DNA of 32,000 nucleotides, taken from assembly GCF_001017655.1 (NCBI RefSeq), contig NZ_CP010904.1:510001-542000 (forward strand), read 5' to 3'. This document shows, piece by piece, positions 1-9,090 of the stretch (the first letter of the stretch is position 1; each line of letters opens with the position of its first letter). Source of the DNA: Kiritimatiella glycovorans (GTDB lineage Bacteria; Verrucomicrobiota; Kiritimatiellia; Kiritimatiellales; Kiritimatiellaceae). A model generated the notes under the pieces. The model was not told the DNA's origin. It worked only from the letters and a program-made list of their open reading frames with translations, and searched no databases. The position numbers and the translations under genes are program-made.

Positions 1-876
1 GTGCGTCGCGAAAAGCCGGAGAAGGATTCCGGCTGGCTGGTCGATGCCGTGCTGGGCCGGACCAACGGGGCTTCCTCCGCTTCACAGGGCGATGACGGAT
101 GGGGCTGGCTGTACGGGGAGATGAAGCGTCAGCGCGACGGCTATCCCGGTGAGGACGAAAAAAGCGCCTATTCGCCGACCAACCGCCTCTTTACGAGGAC
201 CAACCGTTTCGGCGCGCTGCAGCACCGGCGCAGTCCGGGGCTGATCGGGGCTCGGACAGAGGATCCGGAGACTCCGCAGGAGGCGGGACCGCCGCTTCCC
301 TCGACCAATCGCTTCATGGTGGGCAAGGCGCCCTCCGAGTGGCTGAAGGCCCCGGAAGAGGGAGAGCGGAGCGCGACACGTCCGGTGGCGGTCAAATCGA
401 TGTCGGACTGGACCGAGGGTTGGCGCACCGCCATCTCAATGGAACGGACGCGCGAGCAGCTTTACGGGACCGGGGTCGGCACGCCGGGTCGTGACGCTTC
501 CGCGGCCGAACGCGATACGTCGGCATCCAGCTTCGGAGCACTGACCCCCATGGATGCGACGCGGAGCGGAGGCGACTTCTCCTTCACGGCGGCGCGGGAA
601 CCTGATCGCGGGAGCCTGACCGGAGACCGCAGTCCGCAGTCGGCTGCGGGCCAAAGTCAGGACCGCAGGTTCCGGTCGTCATCGCTTGAACCCGACCTTT
701 CCGGGCGTCAGGAAATGAGGACGGAGCCGGGGCGCGGCAACGAATTCCGCCGGCCGGAGGCCCCGAAGCGGAGCAGAATCTTTTCGGAACTCCGCAGGGC
801 ACCGGAACTGTCGTCGGAGTCCGACCCCTTCGAATCCGACCTGCTGAAGATACGCAAAGGCGTCTGGGACGAATAA
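1..876 (+). CDS. hypothetical protein, C-terminal part (5' end lies outside the window); low-complexity, R/E/S/P/G-rich
   Basis: The frame is open from the window edge to TAA at 874-876. Third codon positions are strongly G/C, as in neighbouring genes. A TNR(L/F)(F/M) peptide motif occurs three times. No domain recognised. Confidence 0.4.
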   Translation: MRREKPEKDSGWLVDAVLGRTNGASSASQGDDGWGWLYGEMKRQRDGYPGEDEKSAYSPTNRLFTRTNRFGALQHRRSPGLIGARTEDPETPQEAGPPLPSTNRFMVGKAPSEWLKAPEEGERSATRPVAVKSMSDWTEGWRTAISMERTREQLYGTGVGTPGRDASAAERDTSASSFGALTPMDATRSGGDFSFTAAREPDRGSLTGDRSPQSAAGQSQDRRFRSSSLEPDLSGRQEMRTEPGRGNEFRRPEAPKRSRIFSELRRAPELSSESDPFESDLLKIRKGVWDE

Positions 877-911
877 TCCACGAAGAACCGAAAAAAGTGG
901 CATTCCTCCGG

Positions 912-940
912 TTGACACCGCATCGGCGCTTATATACATT
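912..940 (+). promoter_or_regulatory. sigma70-like promoter candidate for rplM-rpsI
   Basis: TTGACA (912-917), a 17-nt spacer, then TACATT (935-940), lying 38 nt upstream of the rplM ATG. Confidence 0.5.
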
Positions 941-977
941 CCCCGTTTCGCAACTGCATCCCAGAGGGAACTGTACG

Positions 978-1412
978 ATGAAGACCACCATGCCCAGAGA
1001 GACCGGCGCGCAGCGTCGCTGGATCATCATTGACGCTGCGGGACAGCCGCTCGGCCGTCTGGCGACGTTCATCGCCGACCGCCTGCGCGGCAAGGACCGG
1101 CCCACCTTCACCCCCCATCTGGATACCGGGGCGTTCGTGATCGTGACGAACGCGTCGCAGGTAAAACTGACCGGCCGCAAGGAGTCCGCCAAGATGTATC
1201 AGGATTACTCGGGATATCCGAGCGGACTGAAAAAGACCCCGGCGGGCCGGATGCGCGCGCGCCATCCCGACCGCATGATCACCCGCGCGGTGTGGGGCAT
1301 GATCCCCAAAAACCGCCTCGGACGGAGCATCATCCGCCGGCTTAAGGTCTATCCCGGCGCGGAGCATCCCCATGCCGCCCAGCAACCCGAAGCGGTCGAA
1401 TTCAAGGCTTAA
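978..1412 (+). CDS. rplM: 50S ribosomal protein L13
   Basis: MKTTMPRETGAQRRWIIIDAAGQPLGRLATFIADRLRGK... is a typical L13 N-terminus. The internal ATG at 978 was chosen over the 897 ORF-track start because the upstream 27 codons have no L13 counterpart and overlap the promoter. Confidence 0.9.
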   Translation: MKTTMPRETGAQRRWIIIDAAGQPLGRLATFIADRLRGKDRPTFTPHLDTGAFVIVTNASQVKLTGRKESAKMYQDYSGYPSGLKKTPAGRMRARHPDRMITRAVWGMIPKNRLGRSIIRRLKVYPGAEHPHAAQQPEAVEFKA

Positions 1413-1424
1413 GGAGCGAAACGC

Positions 1425-1826
1425 ATGAGCGCACAGCAGACCACTTCCTTCAGCGCAACCGGCCGCCGCAAAACCGCCGTGGCCCGCGCGGAGCTCATCC
1501 CGGGCAAAGGGAGCATCGAAGTCAACGGCCACGACTCGAAACATTTTTTCGACGGTGTATTGATGCACGAGGCGCTTATGGCGCCGCTCAAGGTCACCGA
1601 TACCGCCGATGCCTATGATATTTCGCTCAAGGTAAAGGGCGGCGGAAAGTCCGGTCAGGCCGGAGCCGCGGCCCATGCCATCGCCCGGGCGCTCGTTGCG
1701 GCCGACGAGTCGCTGAAACCCGAATTGAAAAAGGGCGGTTTTCTCACCCGTGACCCGCGCATGAAGGAACGCAAAAAGCCGGGTCAGCCGGGCGCACGCA
1801 AAAAGTATCAGTTCTCGAAGCGCTGA
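1425..1826 (+). CDS. rpsI: 30S ribosomal protein S9
   Basis: ATGRRKTAVARAEL..., GGGKSGQAGA and the C-terminal RKKYQFSKR are S9 hallmarks. The gene follows rplM by 12 nt, the conserved rplM-rpsI order. Confidence 0.93.
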   Translation: MSAQQTTSFSATGRRKTAVARAELIPGKGSIEVNGHDSKHFFDGVLMHEALMAPLKVTDTADAYDISLKVKGGGKSGQAGAAAHAIARALVAADESLKPELKKGGFLTRDPRMKERKKPGQPGARKKYQFSKR

Positions 1827-1853
1827 CGGCCCGCGCTGCGGCGATCATTCAAA

Positions 1854-1883
1854 CCTCCGCGGCCACGCCGTGGAGGTTTTTTT
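1854..1883 (+). terminator. Rho-independent terminator after rpsI
   Basis: A 10-bp stem CCTCCGCGGC/GCCGTGGAGG (one G-U pair) with a 3-nt loop, followed by T7 (1877-1883). Confidence 0.75.
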
Positions 1884-1910
1884 CGGGGGCTGTGTGGAGG
1901 AGGCTCGATT

Positions 1911-3104
1911 ATGAATGCGGCATCGTCCCCGCCCCGCTGGCCCGCCGGTTTCCGGTCCGTGAGCGGATGCTGCGGTATCAAGGCCGCAGACCATGCCGAC
2001 CTCGCGCTGATCGCATCCGACCGCCCGGCGAGCGCGGCAGGGGTGTTCACGACCAATCGCGTCCAGGCCGCCCCGGTCACCCTCTGCCGCGAGCGACTCA
2101 ACCGGGCGGCCCCTATGCGCGCCTGGGTCGTCAACAGCGGGATCGCCAATGCCTGTACGGGAGCCGAAGGACGCGAGGACGCCGAATGCATGGCCGCCGC
2201 CGCGGCCGCCGCGGCCGGCTGCACCCCGGAAGAAGTCTTCGTCAGCTCTACCGGTTCCATAGGCCCGCGCCTGCCCGTGGATAAGATCGTGCCGGCTCTG
2301 TCGACTCTGGGCGAGGGTCTTCGCGAGGACGCCGTTCGCGAGACCGCGCAGGCGATCATGACCACCGACACGCGTCCGAAATACGGGTCGTGCACGCTGG
2401 CGGTCGACGGCCGCCCGGTCACGATTACCGCCGTCGCGAAGGGCGCAGGCATGATCGAACCGGACATGGCCACCATGCTCGCCTTCTTCGCCACCGACGC
2501 CGCGGTCGAGCCCGAGGCGCTGAATGCCGCCCTGCGCACCGCGGTCGATCAAAGCTTTAACCGGATCTCGGTCGACGGCGACCGGTCGACCAACGACACG
2601 GTACTCCTGCTCGCCAACGGGGCCGCAGGTAATGCGCCCCTGCGCGAGACCCACGGGGACTGGGCCGCCTTCGCGGATCGGCTCGAGTCCCTCTCGCTGG
2701 AGATGGCGAAGGCTATCGTCGGCGACGGAGAGGGCCTTTCCCGCACGGTGACCGTGGCGGTGACCGGGGCCTGCAGCAGGACCGATGCCGACCGTGCCGC
2801 GCGCGCTGTGGCCAACTCGCCGCTCAATAAGACCGCCTGGGCGGGCGGCCGTCCGAACTGGGGACGGGTCATGGACGCGCTCGGGTATTCCGGTGCGGAG
2901 TTCGATCCGGAGCGGGTCACGATCGATTACAATGGCTGTCCGGCCGTACGCGAGGGCCGCGCGGCCCTCGACGACCCGGACCGGCTGAAGCGCGCCGCCG
3001 CAGCCCCCCACCTCGACCTGTCCATCGATCTCGGGGCCGGCAGCGCCTCCGCCGTAATCTATACCTGCGACCTTACGGCCGAATACGTCCGGATCAACCT
3101 GTAG
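1911..3104 (+). CDS. argJ: bifunctional ornithine acetyltransferase / N-acetylglutamate synthase
   Basis: ArgJ motifs TTDTRPK and KGAGMIEPDMATMLAFFATDA (ATML autoprocessing site). GGAGGAGG RBS upstream of the ATG. Confidence 0.9.
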   Translation: MNAASSPPRWPAGFRSVSGCCGIKAADHADLALIASDRPASAAGVFTTNRVQAAPVTLCRERLNRAAPMRAWVVNSGIANACTGAEGREDAECMAAAAAAAAGCTPEEVFVSSTGSIGPRLPVDKIVPALSTLGEGLREDAVRETAQAIMTTDTRPKYGSCTLAVDGRPVTITAVAKGAGMIEPDMATMLAFFATDAAVEPEALNAALRTAVDQSFNRISVDGDRSTNDTVLLLANGAAGNAPLRETHGDWAAFADRLESLSLEMAKAIVGDGEGLSRTVTVAVTGACSRTDADRAARAVANSPLNKTAWAGGRPNWGRVMDALGYSGAEFDPERVTIDYNGCPAVREGRAALDDPDRLKRAAAAPHLDLSIDLGAGSASAVIYTCDLTAEYVRINL

Positions 3105-3154
3105 CGCGTGAGGGTTCGCGGGACGCGGGGTACAGATTGGATTTCCCGCTCACG

Positions 3155-3190
3155 CTCTTCTGTGTCCCCTGGGCCTCTTTGTGGCCCTTT
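3155..3190 (+). repeat. intergenic repeat module (TTGTGG type), copy 1
   Basis: CTCTTCTGTGTCCCCTGGGCCTCTTTGTGGCCCTTT. Its reverse complement matches 9024-9059 at 32 of 36 positions by hand alignment. Confidence 0.7.
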
Positions 3191-3213
3191 TTCCTGAGTT
3201 CCACGTCGGGACA

Positions 3214-3308
3214 CCCGGGGGAATATCGTACCCGTCCGCGTACGAGTACGAGTACGAATTATGTTCCCCCCCCTCAACCAACCTTCATGTTCTTCATGTC
3301 CCTCATGC
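3214..3308 (+). repeat. intergenic repeat module (GTACGA hexamers + ATTATGTTC + CCTTCATGK nonamers), copy 1
   Basis: CCCGGGGGA, then 6-bp units with three perfect GTACGA at 3240-3257, then ATTATGTTC, then three 9-bp units at 3282-3308. The same order and motifs occur at 30358-30447. Confidence 0.75.
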
Positions 3309-3399
3309 CCTTTTTGTGGACCTTCGCTCTTTCCTCTTCTTGCGATCCCCCTCTTGTGGCGGTAGTCTGAGCGCAACACGTAACCGGGGACGGAGATTG

Positions 3400-4266
3400 A
3401 TGCATCAGGCGATTGAAAAGGCGAATGTGCTGATCGAGGCGCTGCCGTACATCCAGCGTTTCCGCGGACAGTGCGTCGTGGTCAAGTTCGGCGGCAGTAT
3501 CATGGAGAACGAAGCCGGGGTGCGCGCTATCCTGGAGGATGTGGCTTTCATGGAGTGCGTAGGGCTCCGGCCCGTGATCGTACACGGCGGCGGGGCCGCG
3601 ATCTCGCGCAGGATGCGCGAGGCGCATGTCCAGCCCCGGTTCGTCCGCGGATTGCGCGTCAGCGACGAGCAGGTCATCCGCGTCGTGGAGGAGGTGCTCA
3701 ACCGTGAAGTGAACCCGCATTTGGTGCGCATTCTGCAGGGGTACGGGGGCAAGGCACGGGGCATCCACGGCGAGGATATCCTCCGGGTTCAGAAACACAC
3801 CGAGGAGCACGAAGGCGAAACGTTCGACTGGGGCTATGTCGGCAATGTGACCAAAGTCGATACGGAACCCGTCAAGGCCTATCTCAATTCGGAGATCATC
3901 CCGGTCGTCACCCCGCTCGGCCGCGGGCCGGACGGCATGCTCTATAACATCAACGCCGATGAGGCCGCCAACGCGGTCGCGCGCGCCCTTCCGGCTCGCA
4001 AGCTGGTGTTCCTGACCGACGTGCCCGGCGTGCTGCGCGATCCGGATGATCCGCATTCACTGATTTCCACGCTCTCGGTCGGCGAAGTGCAGCACCTGAT
4101 CGACCGCGGGGTTATCGCGGGCGGCATGATGCCGAAGGTCCGCGGGGCCGTCGATTCGATTGCCGCCGGCATCCGCAAGACGCACATCATCGATTCCAGT
4201 CTGCCGCATTCGCTGTTGCTCGAACTGTTCACCGACCGCGGGGTGGGCACGGAAATCGTGCCGTGA
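3400..4266 (+). CDS. argB: acetylglutamate kinase
   Basis: MHQAIEKANVLIEALPYIQRFRGQCVVVKFGGS..., VIVHGGG and NINADEAA are amino-acid-kinase / ArgB motifs. ATG 3400 was chosen because the ORF-track extension back to 3181 reads through the repeat element. Confidence 0.9.
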   Translation: MHQAIEKANVLIEALPYIQRFRGQCVVVKFGGSIMENEAGVRAILEDVAFMECVGLRPVIVHGGGAAISRRMREAHVQPRFVRGLRVSDEQVIRVVEEVLNREVNPHLVRILQGYGGKARGIHGEDILRVQKHTEEHEGETFDWGYVGNVTKVDTEPVKAYLNSEIIPVVTPLGRGPDGMLYNINADEAANAVARALPARKLVFLTDVPGVLRDPDDPHSLISTLSVGEVQHLIDRGVIAGGMMPKVRGAVDSIAAGIRKTHIIDSSLPHSLLLELFTDRGVGTEIVP

Positions 4267-4363
4267 TGCAGGCGACCGGAAAACGAAGGAAGGAACCCCG
4301 TGGTCTCGCCCGCCCGCTGAACATTCGCCCCGTCGGCCCCTTTCAGCCCCTTCATGGAGTCTT

Positions 4364-5581
4364 ATGATGAACACCGAAGATATCAGGCGCATGCACCGGG
4401 AATATGTCATGTCCACCTACGCGCCGGGGCTGGCGCTGGTGCGCGGCGAGGGCGTACGGGTGTACGACGCCGAAGATCACGAGTACCTCGATTTCCTCGC
4501 GGGTATCGCCGTCACCAATCTCGGCCACGCCCACCCCCGCTACGTCGAGGCCATTCGCGAACAGGCCGGACGCCTCGTTCACGTGTCGAATCTCTACTAT
4601 AATGAGCATCAGCCGCGGCTCGCCCGCGACCTGGTGGAACGCAGCGGATTTGAGGTCGGCAAATGCTTCTTCTGCAATTCGGGCGCGGAGGCGAACGAGG
4701 GGCTCATTAAACTGGCACGGCTCTGGGGCCACGATCAGGGGCGCTACGAGGTCGTCAGCATGCGCGGCTCGTTCCACGGCCGGACGCTTGCAACCCTTAC
4801 CGCCACCGGACAGGACAAGGTCCAGAAGGGGTTCGCACCGCTGCCGCAGGGATTCCGCTACGCGGAGTTCAACGATCCCGCCTCCTGCCGCGAACAGATC
4901 GGACCGGAGACGGCGGCGGTGCTGGTCGAAGCCATCCAGGGCGAGGGCGGGGTGCGGCCGGCGCACCGCGGGTATCTCCGGCAGCTCCGTAAAATCTGCG
5001 ATGAAGAAGGCGTGCTGCTGCTGATGGATGAGGTGCAGTGCGGGATGGGACGCACCGGGCGCTGGTTCGGCTTTCAGCATTACGGCGTTCAGCCCGACGC
5101 CTTCGCGCTTGCCAAAGGGCTGGGTAACGGCTTCCCGATGGGAGCGGTCGTCGCGGGCGCGAAGCTCGCGGACGTCTTCCATCCCGGCCACCACGCCACG
5201 ACGTTCGGCGGCACGCCGCTGGCCTGCGCCGCCGCGCGCGCGGTGATCGAAGTGATCGAAACTGAAGGACTCATCGAAAACGCCGGGCGCATGGGCCACA
5301 TGCTGGTTGAAGGCCTGTGTTCCATCGCCGCGGATCACCCCCGCTGGATCGAGGAGGTGCGCGGGCTCGGCCTGATGGTGGGCCTTGTGCTCGACCGCCC
5401 CGCGGCGCCGCTGCAGAAGAAACTTCAGGAGAAGGGATTGCTCGCGCTCGCCACGGCGGGTAAGGTGCTCCGCTTCCTCCCGCCGCTGATCGTGGGAGAG
5501 GATGATGTGCGCCGTGCGCTGGAGATCACGGCCGCGGCGTGTGATGAACTTGAACAGGAAGGCACGGAGGCATCCCGATGA
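4364..5581 (+). CDS. argD: acetylornithine aminotransferase (class III PLP aminotransferase)
   Basis: [54 protein letters not shown] and AKGLGNGFP. The start was chosen at the ATGATG at 4364. The stop overlaps the argG start (ATGA). Confidence 0.88.
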   Translation: MMNTEDIRRMHREYVMSTYAPGLALVRGEGVRVYDAEDHEYLDFLAGIAVTNLGHAHPRYVEAIREQAGRLVHVSNLYYNEHQPRLARDLVERSGFEVGKCFFCNSGAEANEGLIKLARLWGHDQGRYEVVSMRGSFHGRTLATLTATGQDKVQKGFAPLPQGFRYAEFNDPASCREQIGPETAAVLVEAIQGEGGVRPAHRGYLRQLRKICDEEGVLLLMDEVQCGMGRTGRWFGFQHYGVQPDAFALAKGLGNGFPMGAVVAGAKLADVFHPGHHATTFGGTPLACAAARAVIEVIETEGLIENAGRMGHMLVEGLCSIAADHPRWIEEVRGLGLMVGLVLDRPAAPLQKKLQEKGLLALATAGKVLRFLPPLIVGEDDVRRALEITAAACDELEQEGTEASR

Positions 5582-6780
5582 AAGTCGTACTGGCGTATTC
5601 CGGAGGACTCGACACCTCGATCATTCTGAAGTGGCTGCAGGAGGAGTACGACGCGGAAGTCATCGCCTACGCCGCCGACGTCGGCCAGGAGGAGGAACTC
5701 GACGGGCTGCCGGAAAAGGCGAAAAACACCGGCGCGTCGAAGTGCTACGTGGAAGACCTGCGCGAGGAATTCGCCCGCGATTTCGTTTACCCGATGATCC
5801 GGGCCGGCGCGGTCTACGAATCGGGCTACCTGCTGGGCACTTCGATCGCCCGCCCGCTCATCGCCAAGCGCCATATCGAGATCGCCCGCGAACAGGGGGC
5901 CGAGGCCGTGGCCCACGGGGCGACGGGCAAAGGCAACGACCAGGTTCGCTTCGAACTGACCTTTTACGCGCTCGAACCCGGGATCAAGGTGATCGCCCCC
6001 TGGCGGAACGAGGGGTTTTTCCAGTCGCGCACGGAGATGATGCAGTACGCTGAACAACACGGCATCCCGATTCCGGTCAGCGCGGAAAAGCCCTACAGCA
6101 TGGACCGCAATCTCCTGCACATCTCTTATGAGGGCGGAGTGCTCGAGGACCCGTGGAACGCCCCGCCGAAGGATATGTTCCTGCTGACGACCGACCCCGA
6201 GGACGCGCCCGACGGGGCGGAGGAAATTACGATCGACTTCGAGCGCGGCGATGCGGTGGCACTCGACGGCGAGCGGCTCGAGCCTCTGCCGCTGATGCAG
6301 AAGCTCAACGGGATCGCGGGCCGACACGGGGTCGGGCGGATCGACCTGGTCGAAAACCGCTTCGTGGGTATGAAGAGCCGCGGCGTGTACGAGACGCCCG
6401 CCGGCACAGTGCTGCACCGCGCCCGCGAGGCGGTGGAGCAGATTACCATGGACCGCGAGGTGCTCCACCAGCGCGACGCCATCATGCCGCGTTATGCCGA
6501 GCTGGTGTATAACGGATTCTGGTTCGCCCCCGAACGCGAGATGCTGCAGGCGGCGATGGACAGGGCGGCGCAGACGGTAACCGGTACGGCGCGCGTGAAG
6601 CTCTACAAGGGATCCTGTACCGTGACCGGCCGCCGTGCCGAACGCTCGCTCTACGATGCCGATATCGCCAGCTTCGAGGCCGGCGGCGATTACGATCAGG
6701 CCGACGCGAACGGCTTTATTCGACTCAACGCCCTGCGCCTGCGCGTGGGATCGTTGAAAGAGCAGGATGCAAAAGGCTGA
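5578..6780 (+). CDS. argG: argininosuccinate synthase
   Basis: [14 protein letters not shown] (ATP pyrophosphatase motif), [14 protein letters not shown] and [16 protein letters not shown]. Confidence 0.93.
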   Translation: MKVVLAYSGGLDTSIILKWLQEEYDAEVIAYAADVGQEEELDGLPEKAKNTGASKCYVEDLREEFARDFVYPMIRAGAVYESGYLLGTSIARPLIAKRHIEIAREQGAEAVAHGATGKGNDQVRFELTFYALEPGIKVIAPWRNEGFFQSRTEMMQYAEQHGIPIPVSAEKPYSMDRNLLHISYEGGVLEDPWNAPPKDMFLLTTDPEDAPDGAEEITIDFERGDAVALDGERLEPLPLMQKLNGIAGRHGVGRIDLVENRFVGMKSRGVYETPAGTVLHRAREAVEQITMDREVLHQRDAIMPRYAELVYNGFWFAPEREMLQAAMDRAAQTVTGTARVKLYKGSCTVTGRRAERSLYDADIASFEAGGDYDQADANGFIRLNALRLRVGSLKEQDAKG

Positions 6781-6813
6781 GCGCGATCTCCGAGCGCGCC
6801 GAAAAGGCAGGGC

Positions 6814-8055
6814 GTGATGAACGCATTTGAATACCGCAACGGCGAGCTGCACGCAGAGGACTGCGCGCTGAACGCGCTGGCGGAGGAGTACGGAACTCCG
6901 CTGTACGTCTACTCCAGAACGCATTTCGAGCACCAGTACCGTCGCCTGGCCGCGGCCCTCAAGGATGCAGACCCCCTGCTTTGCTACTCGGTAAAGGGAT
7001 GCAGCACGGGGGCGATCCTCGAGCTGTTCCGTGGAATGGGGGCCGGGCTGGATGTCGTTTCCGGAGGAGAACTGTTCCGCGGACTGCGCGCAGGCTTTGA
7101 TGCGGAGAAGATCGTATTCGCCGGGGTCGGCAAGACGGTCGACGAGATCCGCTACGCCATAGAGCAGGGGGTAGGGTTCTTCACCGTCGAGTCGGAGCCG
7201 GAGCTGGAGCGCATCGCTCACGTGGAGGGTGAACTCAAAAAAAGCGCCCGCGTCGCGATCCGGGTGAATCCGGATATCGACCCCGGTACGCATGAGTACA
7301 CGTGCACCGGTAAAGGCGACACCAAATTCGGCGTGGATCCGGCCACCGCCCGACGCCTCTCGCTGCGTGCGATCGAACACGATGCGCTGCGGCTGGTCGG
7401 TCTGCACACGCACCTCGGCTCGCCGCTGATGAGCGTGGATCCCTATGAGAAGGCCCTCGAGGTGATCCGGCCGCTCTGCCGCGAACTGAAGGAGCGCGGG
7501 CCGCACTTCCGGCGTCTCGATCTCGGCGGCGGTCTCGGCATTCCCTACCGGCCGGAGGAAGAGCCGTTCGATCTGGACCGTTTCGCGAAGATGGCCAACG
7601 CGGCCGTCGGCGAACTCGGCCTGCAGCTGGTACTGGAGCCGGGCCGGTTTCTCAGCGGGGGGGCAGGCGTACTGCTTACGCGGGTTCAGTACGTCAAGCC
7701 GCACCCGTCGAAGACATTTCTGATCGGTGATGCGGCGATGAACGATCTGCTGCGTCCGGCGCTGTACGACGCCTGGCACGGGGTGAACGCCGTGCGGCAG
7801 ACCGGGGAAACGGTGTGCGGCGATCTCGTCGGTCCCGTGTGCGAGACGGGGGATTTCCTGGCCCGCGACCGCGAACTTCCGGCTGCTGAGGCGGGCGATC
7901 TGCTGGCCGTCATGAATGCCGGGGCCTACGGCTATACCATGGCCTCGAATTACAACAGCCGCCCGCGCCCCGCTGAGGTGCTCGTGGAGGGCTCTTCCGC
8001 CCGGCTGATCCGCCGCCGGGAGACCTGGGACGACCTCGTCCGCGGCGAAGAGTAA
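6814..8055 (+). CDS. lysA: diaminopimelate decarboxylase
   Basis: GTPLYVYS, a YSVKxxS-like motif, LGGGLGIPY and CETGDFLARD. Start is GTG 6814 or ATG 6817. Confidence 0.9.
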   Translation: MMNAFEYRNGELHAEDCALNALAEEYGTPLYVYSRTHFEHQYRRLAAALKDADPLLCYSVKGCSTGAILELFRGMGAGLDVVSGGELFRGLRAGFDAEKIVFAGVGKTVDEIRYAIEQGVGFFTVESEPELERIAHVEGELKKSARVAIRVNPDIDPGTHEYTCTGKGDTKFGVDPATARRLSLRAIEHDALRLVGLHTHLGSPLMSVDPYEKALEVIRPLCRELKERGPHFRRLDLGGGLGIPYRPEEEPFDLDRFAKMANAAVGELGLQLVLEPGRFLSGGAGVLLTRVQYVKPHPSKTFLIGDAAMNDLLRPALYDAWHGVNAVRQTGETVCGDLVGPVCETGDFLARDRELPAAEAGDLLAVMNAGAYGYTMASNYNSRPRPAEVLVEGSSARLIRRRETWDDLVRGEE

Positions 8056-8155
8056 GGGGTTGGCAGGACGCGCGCGAGGGCCTAGGGTCTGTCTGTGAAG
8101 CCGGGCGGGACGGCGGTTTCGCGCCCGTCGCACGAATTTCAAACAGGAGGACACG

Positions 8156-9025
8156 ATGTTTGAGGGAATGTATACCGCACTGGTGACGCCGTTCGCGCAG
8201 GACGGTTCGGTCGATTACGGGGCGCTGGACCGCCTCGTGGACGCCCAGATCGAAGGCGGCGTGGACGGTATCGTACCCGTCGGCACAACCGGCGAATCGC
8301 CGACCCTCGATCCGGAAGAGCATATGGCCGTGATCGAGCATGTCGTGCAGCGTGCGGACGGGAAAGCAAAAGTCATCGCCGGCACCGGTGCCAACTCCAC
8401 GGCGGAGGCGCTGGAACTCACGCGCCGGGCGATCGATCTCGGGGTCGACGGGACCCTCCAGGTCACCCCCTATTACAACAAGCCCAGCCAGGCGGGTTTG
8501 ATCCGCCACTTTACCGCGATCGCCGATCTCGGCACCCCGGTGGTGCTCTATAACGTTCCGGGGCGCACCGGTCGCGAGATCGCCGTGCCCACCGTCGCGG
8601 AACTCTCGAAGCATCCGCAGATCACAGCACAGAAAGACGCCGGCGGATCGGTCGACCGCGTCAGTGAGATCGTCCGCGAGTGCGAGATCGAGGTCCTGTC
8701 CGGCGACGACGCCCTGGCCCTTCCCATGATGGCCGTCGGCGGAGTGGGCGTGATCAGCGTCGCGGCCAATCTCATCCCGGGTCCGATGACGGAGATGATT
8801 CGCGCCGCGCTGGAGGGCGACTTCGAAACCGCCCTGGCGCTGCACCTGCGCTATCACCGCCTCTTCAGCCACATGTTCCTCAACAGCAACCCGATCCCCG
8901 TCAAGGCGGCACTGGCGATGATGGGGTGGATCGAAGAGGTCTATCGCCTGCCGTTGTGCGAGATCGATGCGGAGAACCGCAGAGTGCTCGAGGCTACTAT
9001 GCGGGAGGTCGACCTCGTCCACTAA
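8156..9025 (+). CDS. dapA: 4-hydroxy-tetrahydrodipicolinate synthase
   Basis: TALVTPF..., VPVGTTGESPTL and YNVPGRTG. AGGAGG RBS upstream. Confidence 0.92.
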   Translation: MFEGMYTALVTPFAQDGSVDYGALDRLVDAQIEGGVDGIVPVGTTGESPTLDPEEHMAVIEHVVQRADGKAKVIAGTGANSTAEALELTRRAIDLGVDGTLQVTPYYNKPSQAGLIRHFTAIADLGTPVVLYNVPGRTGREIAVPTVAELSKHPQITAQKDAGGSVDRVSEIVRECEIEVLSGDDALALPMMAVGGVGVISVAANLIPGPMTEMIRAALEGDFETALALHLRYHRLFSHMFLNSNPIPVKAALAMMGWIEEVYRLPLCEIDAENRRVLEATMREVDLVH

Positions 9026-9059
9026 AGGGCCACAAAGAGGCACAGAGATCACAGAAGAG
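9024..9059 (-). repeat. intergenic repeat module (TTGTGG type), inverted copy
   Basis: AAAGGGCCACAAAGAGGCACAGAGATCACAGAAGAG matches the reverse complement of 3155-3190 (18 identical, 4 of 8, then 10 identical). It overlaps the dapA TAA stop. Confidence 0.7.
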
Positions 9060-9090
9060 GAACAGGTTTTAAACCCGTGGAGCCGGTGAG

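Noticed and set aside
897-977. N-terminal extensions in the ORF track: rplM from 897, argB from 3181, argD from 4160, DUF218 from 12617, pyrB-like from 13458, miaB from 16243, NifX-like from 17743, antitoxin to 21395, glyQS to 23266, rhaA from 30566.
   Set aside because: The extended residues have no counterpart in the respective families. They run through promoters or repeat elements, and internal starts with Shine-Dalgarno sequences give family-typical lengths.
3227-3308. Possible CRISPR array or coding tandem repeat, from the GTACGA hexamers and CCTTCATGK nonamers.
   Set aside because: The units are 6 and 9 bp with no spacers, far too short for CRISPR repeats. There are no cas genes in the window.
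3261-3365. Possible Cys-rich micropeptide MFPPLNQPSCSSCPSCPFCGPS..., starting at the conserved ATTATGTTC of the repeat element.
   Set aside because: There is no Shine-Dalgarno sequence. The second copy of the element (30421 onward) shares only the first few codons and then diverges completely in the same frame. The conservation is therefore at the DNA-motif level, not the peptide level.
4340-4362. CCCCTTCATGG in the argB-argD spacer, as a further copy of the nonamer repeat module.
   Set aside because: It is a single unit with none of the flanking modules (hexamers, ATTATGTTC), so it could easily be chance.
5425-8154. 909-aa ORF on the minus strand, antisense to argG/lysA. Similar long antisense ORFs: 15451-17685 (-), 18858-20378 (-), 1845-3011 (-), 30554-31939 (-), 22109-23294 (+), and the upstream part of 10465-12639 (-).
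   Set aside because: These are shadow ORFs typical of high-GC DNA. Their translations are R/A/G/P-rich with no family motifs, and each lies opposite a gene with unambiguous homology.
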